A stretch of DNA of 18,210 nt from Nitrososphaeria archaeon (GTDB taxonomy: Archaea > Thermoproteota > Nitrososphaeria > JACIWG01): NCBI GenBank assembly GCA_963752255.1, contig CAVVXT010000015.1:1-18210 (forward strand), written 5' to 3'. The translations under genes and the position numbers were made by a program. The notes under the pieces are model-generated. The model saw only the letters and a program-made list of their open reading frames with translations, was not told where the DNA came from and did not search any database. Positions within the stretch are counted from its first letter, which is position 1. Each line of letters starts with the position of its first letter. Below, one piece after another: positions 1-7,616 of this stretch.

Positions 1-38
1 ACATTCACTCCACATTTTCCAAGACGCTTATACTTCAA
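1..38 (-). CDS. Aldo/keto reductase, N-terminal 12 codons only (runs off window start)
   Basis: TTG at 38 gives MKYKRLGKCGVN(V), matching the typical AKR N-terminus MxYRxLGxSGLxVS. A TATA-like AAAACTTTATTAA lies at ~73-85 on the minus strand. Not in the ORF track. Confidence 0.7.
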   Translation of the reverse strand, partial: MKYKRLGKCGVN

Positions 39-451
39 ATATACTCACTTAGTCGTAAAACTATTCTTGTAATTAATAAAGTTTTATAATGGTTATGGAT
101 TGTATGATTTCTTCTTTCTAATTTTTCAGAGGTATCATATACGTCTACAAAAGTTGCATAACTGCTTAGAGTTTTATTGTCTATGAATAAGTTTATGATA
201 CTCGCATCCGTATACCTCAAACTTAGCTTTGGATCTTTATTTCAACGATCTGTCCTGCTATAAAGACGTGAACACTTAATATAGAGAATCTTCGTTTTCT
301 TTACATCTAAGGGTCTTGAAATAAAAGCGGACAATGGGAGACTAAAAATATTGAGAGAAGGCAAACCATTGCAATACCAATTATTTTTATAAGATCTGCC
401 TTTACATACATTTTTATATTAGTAACACTTCATTTTTAATTGGTATTTAAT

Positions 452-1258
452 TTGAGGAGCAATAAGCTTAGGGAATTAATAAAACAAGGCAAGCCAACAA
501 TAGGAACCCATATACTAAGTGCATGGCCAGGTGTAGTAGAAATGATCGGGGCTGCAAGAGAAGTTGATTACATTGAATTTGTTGGGGAATACGCGCCATT
601 TGATCTATTCGGTCTTGAAAATATTGCAAGAGCTTGCAAGTTGATGGAAATGTCGTCTATGATGAAAATTGACCAACAGCCGAGAACATTCTTAGCAGAG
701 AGAGCCTTAGGCTCAGGCATACAAAATCTACTATTTGCTGATGTCAGAAATGTGACAGAGGGTGAAGAATGTCTGAAGGCTGTTAAAATGGAAACCCCAG
801 AAGATAAAGGCGTTCATGGTTGCCATTCAAGAAGAAGTGTGATCTACGGGCTTGAAGGCGGTTCAAAGGAATTTGTGAAATCTGTGAATGAAACGGTAAT
901 TGCGTTTATGATTGAAAAAAAATCTGCAGTTGATCATTTGGAAGAAATATTATCACTTAAGGGGTTAGACATGGTCCAATTCGGACCGTGTGACTATTCA
1001 ATAAGCTTAGGCATCCCAGGCGAACGTAACAATCCAAAAATAAAAGAAGCTGAACTCAAAGTGATCAAAACGGCTATCAAAATGGGAATTAGACCGAGAG
1101 TTGAGCTGGGCTGGCGATTCACTAAAGAAGAAGTTCAGAAGTATATCGACTTAGGAGTTATGGACTTCTGTAATGGAACTGATCTTGAAATTCTGTATGG
1201 ATGGACAAAAGAAAAAATGCCTATAGTCAGACACGCTCTTTCAAGTATCAGTAAATAA
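452..1258 (+). CDS. HpcH/HpaI family class II pyruvate aldolase (2-keto-3-deoxy sugar-acid aldolase-like)
   Basis: Motifs DYIEFVGEYAP, MIEKKSAVDHLEEILS and DMVQFGPCDYSISLG. Start is TTG 452 (MRSNKLR) or TTG 440. Confidence 0.9.
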   Translation: MRSNKLRELIKQGKPTIGTHILSAWPGVVEMIGAAREVDYIEFVGEYAPFDLFGLENIARACKLMEMSSMMKIDQQPRTFLAERALGSGIQNLLFADVRNVTEGEECLKAVKMETPEDKGVHGCHSRRSVIYGLEGGSKEFVKSVNETVIAFMIEKKSAVDHLEEILSLKGLDMVQFGPCDYSISLGIPGERNNPKIKEAELKVIKTAIKMGIRPRVELGWRFTKEEVQKYIDLGVMDFCNGTDLEILYGWTKEKMPIVRHALSSISK

Positions 1259-1491
1259 TCGATTTTAAAGCTAATAAATTTCGCAATTGCTATAATAGTA
1301 AGGGGGCCCAACGCGGGGATAAGTGCACTCATTACAGGCTTCAATCTAGTGTACAGAGTTTAAGAAAATTGGAAGAAAATGAAATAATAAGAGAGGATGA
1401 AATAGACTAAGCAGGATGAGAAGAGTGGTCTGAGGATGCAAAAGCATAATAGAAAAGGCTAAGCTGCGACGGATTATTAAGAAGTTTTATT

Positions 1492-1866
1492 CTAAAAGTG
1501 AGGGGTAGTAGTAACTTCTATCCTATTACCATCGGGGTCTCGACATATAGCCCACTTGCTTCCATCCTTGTTCAGAGTTATCGGGACAAAGAACTCAGCA
1601 CCCTTCTTTTTCATCTGCTTAACGATCTCCTCGATGTTATCGACGTAGAATGCTATATGGAGAAGTGACGCTGTGTCCGGATCAGGGATTGTTGCCATGC
1701 CCTTTCGCTGGGAGATCTCTATGTCCTTGAAGACCAGGAATTGGGGATTATCCTCGGTACCTGTTATGTGTAGGACTGGTAACCCCATGACCTTACTATA
1801 AAAATGCAAGGTTGCCTTCAAGTCTTTGGCTTGTATCATAAAATGACTTAATCCTAAGACGGACAT
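1492..1866 (-). CDS. VOC family (glyoxalase/bleomycin resistance) protein
   Basis: HFMIQAKDL...FYSKVMG, HIAFYVDNIE and RDPDGNRIEV; 124 aa. Confidence 0.9.
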   Translation of the reverse strand: MSVLGLSHFMIQAKDLKATLHFYSKVMGLPVLHITGTEDNPQFLVFKDIEISQRKGMATIPDPDTASLLHIAFYVDNIEEIVKQMKKKGAEFFVPITLNKDGSKWAICRDPDGNRIEVTTTPHF

Positions 1867-2173
1867 ATTTCCTTCTTCTATAGTTGTTCACTACTACTAA
1901 ATTAAGGTTTGGATACCCTTCTAGGACCAAATTTGGGTTATAGTAAAACAGAATAAGCTAATAGAAGAATCCTCAGCTATTAGACTTCTTGAAAGACAGA
2001 GACTTAAGAACGCACAACCATTGTTTATCAATCGGGCTCTTTAGCAAGAAATCTATAGAAATGACTCTGCAGATTATGAGTTGAGTCACAATCTATATCA
2101 TGTTATATGATACTTTTGGTTTTTGCTACTAATTTGTTTGTGTCCAGTTGAAGGTTGTGAACCCAGTATTAAC

Positions 2174-3545
2174 TCAGGCTTCCACTACTTGGATACCTAG
2201 AAAGAAACATGCATCCTTAATGGCCTGAGTGTAGTCGCCATAGATCATTGCTGCATGATGGATGAATCCTTCTCTACCTATGGTCGTGTACAGCCTCAGC
2301 GAGGTCCTCTACCTCGGCCCAAGCCCATGTGAACCTTGCCTCCTGTCTCTCCCCAATCTCTAGAAGATTCCCTTTAGAGAGCAACATTTTAAAGTTCCCA
2401 TCGTACTCGACGAGCCTGCTGAATGTGACCACTCCTGGCCTAAGCTTGAAGTGGGGCATACCACTCTGATCTAATATGGCCTTCTTCACCGCCATTGAAG
2501 GGGGGGCGTTCCCTACATGCCATACGAGGAAGACATTCTTCTTCTCCGGATGCTTGAGGGTCCAGTCTATCAGGAACACAGACTTCGTATTTATTGACGC
2601 TGAGTACTGCATTAGCATTGTGAGACAACCCATCACATCGGTTTCGAACCCCATCATGATACCTTGGTCTATCAACCTACCTTCGATGTATCCTGTTGGC
2701 CACAGCTCCACACCGATGCCTGATCCTGCAAGCTTCTTCTGGTCAACCCAACGTTTTATTGCGATCTCGATCTTTGCCATTCTCTTAAGTTGTTCTGCAG
2801 GCACAGCAGATGTATCCGCCTCATTCCTAGTATCCTCGAGAACCTTAACCACGTCGGGGTCGTCATCTTTTAAACTATTCGCTGCAGTCAATAGTGTTTG
2901 GGGGGCAATTGGTACTACTCTAATCCTGAACTTTGAAAGCAGAATTAGCTCATCGATGGAGCAGGTTTCAAAGTCAGGCGGCCTTATACCTATTTGACCA
3001 ATGTATGCGCCTCGGAAGCTCTTTACTATAGCGCAGGTGCGGACAAAATTATCAACATATTCAACGAATGGTGGGTCTTCAGGATTGCATACACCATAAA
3101 AGAGATAGGGAATCTTCCTTCGATATAGTCCTGAGGTTATGGAAAGGGTGCCGCAGAAGGAGTCACCTGTCTGAACTGTCATGGTTGGTAGGGGGACTTT
3201 GGGTGACTCTTCGGTGGCGAAGACTAAAACAGGGACATTTGGGAAGGCTACGGGAACCATGCAGGCTGATATTTCGTCTGAGAAGTCCATTCCTCCTATG
3301 ATGATTCCTGATACTTCCTTTTCTTTGAATAGCTGGATGACCTTCCTTGCGTCGTCATCGTTCTGTACCATTCCTGCTTGAGTCAGTTTCTCATCTGGAG
3401 TTACTATCTCTAAACACTCTATCTTTGAGAGGGCTATCATTGTGCGTTGCTTCATGTCTTTAGCCCATTCATAGCTATAAAAACTAATATTCCTTTTTCC
3501 AGGAACGAAACCAATTCTGATCTTTTCCATTTTAATTACTTCCAT
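2174..3545 (-). CDS. L-fucose/L-arabinose isomerase-like protein, with one +1 frameshift at ~2300
   Basis: Motifs GDSFCG, GFETDVMG, WHVGNAP and VTFSRL. The track ORF stops at 2274. Removing one base near 2300 continues the frame as LRLYTTIGREGFIHHAAMIYGDYTQAIKDACFFLGIQVVEA* (stop 2174-2176), the family's typical C-terminus, for 456 aa. Confidence 0.85.
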
Positions 3546-3571
3546 CTAGTTGATGCTAACGGTTAATTAAT

Positions 3572-3584
3572 TTATTAAACTTTT
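3572..3584 (-). promoter_or_regulatory. Archaeal BRE/TATA promoter of the isomerase gene
   Basis: The minus strand reads AAAAGTTTAATAA ~27 bp upstream of ATG 3545, consistent with a nearly leaderless transcript. Confidence 0.5.
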
Positions 3585-3719
3585 GGGACGTCACTAGGAC
3601 CTATGCCATCGACCCCGTTCCAGATTTACAAAAGGGATCTGCCTTAAGTGCCCATTCAGCTCCAATTTTATTAGGCCATTTTTAGAAACTCTTATATTAT
3701 ATTTATCTTATAAAATTTA

Positions 3720-4544
3720 ATGGTTCAAATGATTAGAGGTTCAAAGGTTAAGCCGAACTTGGAAAGGAATGAGCGCATCTACAATTATTGGAAGCTGGGG
3801 AAAACCGTCAAGGAAACTGCGCTGATAACCGGGATACCTGAGAGCTCGGTCGGATACTATTACGCCAAGTTCAACGTATACGCCAAGAATGGTAAACCTA
3901 TTCCTATTGGACAAAAGATAGTTCCTATAAAGGGAGATGAGCCGATCCCTATATCACAAGAGGGTCCCCAAGGAATCGATACTGTACTCCGGTCTTTAGG
4001 AATTGATATACACATAGATAGACATATAGAAATAGATAGATATATACCACATCCATTCCTTAACGAGCATATCCGCAGGAACCGCTGCAGGAGGATCATG
4101 GAGATCGGCGTCTTAAACGGTGAAAACGCCAAGGCCATGGTTGAAGCTGCCATAGAAAATCTTCCACCCGAAGAGGTGGAGTATTATGGGTTCGACCTTT
4201 TCAATAACTACAGTTTAGAGCAGGTGGAGAAGAAGCTTGAGGGGACCGGCTGCAAGTTTAGGCTTTTCAAGGGAGATACCGAGCATACTCTTCCCAGGTC
4301 CGTTAAAGATTTACCTAAAATGGACTTGATATTTATCGACGGAGGCAAATCCTACAGTGAAGCCAATAGTGATTGGACCTGCTCAAGGCTTCTTATGCAC
4401 GGTAAAACAGTGGTTTTTGTCCACAACTACGATTTCTCAGGGGTGCAAAAAATGGTTGATGAGATACCTAAGGATAGGTATCGGGTGGAGATTATTCATA
4501 CGCCTAATGATGCTGACACAGCTGTAATCAAGGGAATATCTTAA
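3720..4544 (+). CDS. Fusion of an N-terminal helix-turn-helix domain with a class I SAM-dependent (O-)methyltransferase (Methyltransf_24/COMT-like)
   Basis: HTH-like GKTVKETALITGIPESSVGYY, then a low-complexity linker, then MEIGVLNGEN...GFD...KGDT...DLIFIDGGKSY...VHNY. Confidence 0.8.
   Translation: MVQMIRGSKVKPNLERNERIYNYWKLGKTVKETALITGIPESSVGYYYAKFNVYAKNGKPIPIGQKIVPIKGDEPIPISQEGPQGIDTVLRSLGIDIHIDRHIEIDRYIPHPFLNEHIRRNRCRRIMEIGVLNGENAKAMVEAAIENLPPEEVEYYGFDLFNNYSLEQVEKKLEGTGCKFRLFKGDTEHTLPRSVKDLPKMDLIFIDGGKSYSEANSDWTCSRLLMHGKTVVFVHNYDFSGVQKMVDEIPKDRYRVEIIHTPNDADTAVIKGIS
4050..4544 (+). repeat. Copy 1 of a ~495-bp direct duplication (partner 14051-14545)
   Basis: Gap-free alignment at offset 10,001. 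About 32 mismatches by manual count (~93-94% identity), many synonymous. Confidence 0.97.
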
Positions 4545-4787
4545 CATGGAGAGAGCTTTTTTCATTTTACTATAGCGTATGGTCCCATTGCTTTACTATC
4601 TTGCTTAATTTACTACAGCATAATATTCGAAATACTTATTGAAAAACTTAACAACAACATAATATTTAAAATACTTGGAAAAGGAGGATTTGAGAAGCTT
4701 TACTATGTCTTGAGCGGTCTTAAACTACTTAAGGAACTTGAATGGTTGTTTATGATGATAGAAGAATTTCTAGAAAGGAAAAGATGA
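4545..4787 (+). pseudogene. Start-less 80-codon open frame; probable orphaned C-terminus of the HTH gene
   Basis: Same frame as 3720-4544, with no stop until TGA 4785-4787. It reads ...IFEILIEKLNNNIIFKILGKGGFEKLYYVLSGLKLLKELEWLFMMIEEFLERKR*. An open frame this long is unlikely by chance in AT-rich DNA. Confidence 0.5.
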
Positions 4788-4912
4788 AGGGAGAAGCCAA
4801 AGGCAGAAAAGGTTATGAGGGGATTAAAGAACGTTGACACCCTTATCAATCAACCCAGGTCCTAAGAGAACGTGGATATAGATAAATTTATAATTATGCT
4901 GACCTAATAATT

Positions 4913-5386
4913 TTGAGATACTTGTCCGAGAATGTTGTGCAAAAAGTTGAGACCGCATTCTACGAGAAGGGGCAACTCTCTGGCATGGATATGCCATCAT
5001 CAAGAGGCCAACTGATCCTAACAAATCGGAGACTCGCGTACATAAAATATCCGGAGGAAGTTACTAGGAAGTTCATAGGAAGGCAGGTATGGGTAAATGC
5101 TGGAGACTTCTCAAACAAGATAGAAGAGGGGTTGAAGAACGAGGGTAGCTTTGAGATTCCGATAGGGCAAGTGAGAGTAGCTGTAATGGCCAGCGGCTCT
5201 GTAGCTGACAGTTGGTTAGGACTTTTTGGAACGAAAAAATTTTACTACTTAAGTTTACGTTACCAAAATAGTTCAGGAAAGAAAGACTGTTGCTTTTTCT
5301 TTATAGCTAAGCAATCAGACTTGAAATCTCTTACTGAAGAATTTGCAAAGAACATGGAGCGATTGATAGATGAATGCAAAGGCTGA
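4913..5386 (+). CDS. Hypothetical protein, PH/GRAM-like fold
   Basis: GQLILTNRRLAYIK resembles the G-x-L-x-L-T-N-x-R-L pattern of PH-like domains, followed by FEIPIGQV and a C-terminal helix. TATA-like AAATTTATAA lies ~20-30 bp upstream. Confidence 0.65.
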   Translation: MRYLSENVVQKVETAFYEKGQLSGMDMPSSRGQLILTNRRLAYIKYPEEVTRKFIGRQVWVNAGDFSNKIEEGLKNEGSFEIPIGQVRVAVMASGSVADSWLGLFGTKKFYYLSLRYQNSSGKKDCCFFFIAKQSDLKSLTEEFAKNMERLIDECKG

Positions 5387-5411
5387 ATATTTCATCCTTT
5401 AAGCACGGTTC

Positions 5412-5511
5412 CAATTTTATTATCATCCCAACTATCCTAATGCGGTAATATTGATCGTTACATTCATCCATATATTTCTAAAGAATAGAATGATAAGACG
5501 CTTACAAATTT
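5412..5511 (-). repeat. Copy 1 of a ~100-bp non-coding direct repeat (promoter, 5'UTR and TTG); partner 10120-10221
   Basis: The 53-bp core 5423-5475 is identical to 10132-10184, and the flanks are similar out to CTTACAAATTT. Confidence 0.95.
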
Positions 5512-5585
5512 CCTGATTAATTGTTCGTATTTGATTTTACTAACAACTCTATTTTCGTAAGAGCTTCATCTAAACTTGGGAAGGT

Positions 5586-6204
5586 TCACATATATTCGCA
5601 AATAGAGCACAAAGGAACAATTACTTCAACATTTCCGTCAAGAGTTATTTCGTTTGGTTTATCAAGAGTTATTTTATATTCTCCTAATTTACAAAAATTA
5701 TTTTCAAATGCTTCTAAAATATTTTTATTTGTAACTTGCTGATTCAAATCTTCCCTCAATTTTATGATTTCAGCATTATCTGTCTCACTTAATTTGTTTT
5801 TTCCAGATATTCTCTAACATTTGATAATGTTGGTTCAACGTTGTCAGACCTAGAGATACCTCGATAGATACGATAAGTGCGATCAATGTCTTCTTTATTT
5901 TTTTCAGCATATGATAAAAGAAAATCTAAATGGGGTATTAATCCGTAATATTCCATAGGATCGTGTTTTAAAGTATCTAAATCATGAACTAGGTAAGGGC
6001 TTCCTTCTGTTTCTTTCAGAATTTTCTCAATGTACTTTTTATAGTTATCAACTTCATAATTTAATTTATCCTGTGTTTCGTTGATTTTAGTCGTTAATCC
6101 ATTTACTATGTCATCGTATATTTTTTTAGATCTTCTGATTTTCTTCCGCAAACATAACATTTATCATCGTTTTGAATATGAATGGCAATGACTTTTTCTA
6201 CCAT
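5586..6204 (-). pseudogene. Low-GC 206-aa protein with N- and C-terminal CxxC motifs around a helical/coiled-coil core; interrupted at two A-runs (pseudogene, slippage or sequencing error)
   Basis: ATG 6204 gives MVEKVIAIHIQNDDKCYVCGRKSEDLKK. Adding one A at 6121-6127 joins track ORF 5789-6160. Adding one A at 5797-5802 continues to ...VIVPLCSICEYM* (TGA 5586-5588). GGTG RBS and GAAAGATTAAATA BRE/TATA lie upstream. Confidence 0.75.
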
Positions 6205-6383
6205 ACCTAAACACCATCTGTGAGTACTAATTTAATTGACTAATATTTAATCTTTCCATCAATTACGCTAGATCAATCGGGTGGTCCGGTCTATTTTGTC
6301 ATCATATATATGGGCTTGCTACAGACCACTTTTGTCATATTTCTTTTAGCTGGTATACTGCAAAGTCGTTTGGAGTCTTTGTT

Positions 6384-6632
6384 ATGATGATGGTTGTTTT
6401 GACTGAATTGGTTTCTTCTATATACATCGACTCACTGACATGGATGTCTCCACCCCATATCGAAAATCTCGAGGTAAAGAGTGTCAATATCGTTAATCTT
6501 ACTCAAATAGTTTTGGAGGTTCATAATATAGGCAATTGTGAAGCTACTATTACACAAATATTTGTTGAAGGCGTGGATGTTTGCAAAGAGGGAAAGAAAC
6601 TAGAAAGAATAGGCAGGTTTCCCCTTCATTAG
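6384..6632 (+). pseudogene. Possible degraded fragment of an archaeal pilin/archaellin-like membrane protein
   Basis: A hydrophobic stretch followed by ENLEVKSV...LEVHNIGNCEATITQIFVEG, which resembles archaeal pilin-like beta domains. No clear class III signal peptide. The 3' end runs into galT. Confidence 0.35.
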
Positions 6633-7616
6633 GTAATTGTTACCGCTTAGTCTGTAAGTTGCTTTCTTAAGAGCTGTTTTCAGTTCATTCACTTTCTGTT
6701 CAGGAAGGTCGTCGTAAGTGAATGCTCCAGCACCCCATTCTATGCCAGCAGCGTATTTCAGTTTGTCTTTGGATAGGTGTATAGGATAGAATTCTATGTG
6801 TAAGTGATAGAGCTGATGGTCGTCTTTGCATGGTGCTTGATGTACTGCCATAATGTAGGGGAGATCAAAGTCAAAGAGAGAATTGTACATCGCTACTGCT
6901 ACTTTGATGATATCAGCCAAGTCCACTATTTCATCGTCTGTCAGATCAGATAATCCGGGTACATGTCTGTTTGTGTATATGTGAGTTTCGTAGGGCCACA
7001 TCACAAAGAAAGGCATAAACAATGTGAAAGATCTATTGGAATATAGTAGACGCTTTCCCTCTGATTCTTCAAGTTTCAGTATATGGCAGAACATACATTC
7101 TACATTCTTCTTGTAGAATCTCTTAGCATTGTTCAGTTCGTTCTTGATCCTGGCAGGCACAAATGATAACGCGTATATTTGTGAATGAGGATGTGTCAGC
7201 GACACTCCTATACGTTCACCCTTATTTCGAAAGGGATAAACGTACCTAATCCTTCTATCGTCACACAGTTTTATTGTTTCTTCACGGAAAGCTTTGATTA
7301 CCTTAACTAAATTGTCAAACGGGATGGTGTCGAGGTCACCTACGTGCTCAGGAGTTTCAACAACCACCTTACAGTAACCATATCCGGGTTTTACCCTGTA
7401 CAAGTCTTTAGTGCCTATGAAGGGTTGGGCATCTTTTTTTAAAGCCGGAAAGAGGTTATCTAGTACTTTAATATCCCAGTTGCATTTTATTTCTGGGCCC
7501 CCTGGACAAAATGGGCACGTTTCTTCTCTCCAAGGTCTAACTCTTCTCTTATTTGAAACTATTATCCATGTACCTAATAATGGATTCCATCTAAGCTCGT
7601 TGCTCAAGCTACTCAC
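6600..7616 (-). CDS. galT: Galactose-1-phosphate uridylyltransferase
   Basis: ELRWNPLLGTW...RRVRPW, CPFCPG, NLFPAL, catalytic HPHSQ, CMFC, HLHIEFYP and KYAAGIE. The TTG start overlaps the galK stop. Confidence 0.95.
   Translation of the reverse strand: MSSLSNELRWNPLLGTWIIVSNKRRVRPWREETCPFCPGGPEIKCNWDIKVLDNLFPALKKDAQPFIGTKDLYRVKPGYGYCKVVVETPEHVGDLDTIPFDNLVKVIKAFREETIKLCDDRRIRYVYPFRNKGERIGVSLTHPHSQIYALSFVPARIKNELNNAKRFYKKNVECMFCHILKLEESEGKRLLYSNRSFTLFMPFFVMWPYETHIYTNRHVPGLSDLTDDEIVDLADIIKVAVAMYNSLFDFDLPYIMAVHQAPCKDDHQLYHLHIEFYPIHLSKDKLKYAAGIEWGAGAFTYDDLPEQKVNELKTALKKATYRLSGNNYLMKGKPAYSF

Noticed and set aside
35-220. 61-aa minus-strand ORF
   Set aside because: No recognisable motifs; it covers the promoter of the AKR gene that starts at 38.
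1393-1433. Possible C/D-box sRNA (AGGATGA...CTAA...AGGATGA...CTGA)
   Set aside because: The C boxes are non-consensus, the first guide would be only ~6 nt, and the purine-rich context makes a chance match likely.
2440-3381. Overlapping ORFs 2440-2628, 2476-2997, 3068-3301 and 3181-3381
   Set aside because: Shadow or antisense frames of the isomerase gene. The same applies to the shadow ORFs within the MTase, galT, galK, flavodoxin, membrane-protein, nitroreductase, LLM and MBL genes.
5586-5588. TGA as selenocysteine
   Set aside because: It is not at a Cys-equivalent position of the CxxC motif, and no SECIS-like element was recognised.
5521-5742. 73-aa plus-strand ORF
   Set aside because: Antisense to the C-terminal third of the reconstructed CxxC protein.
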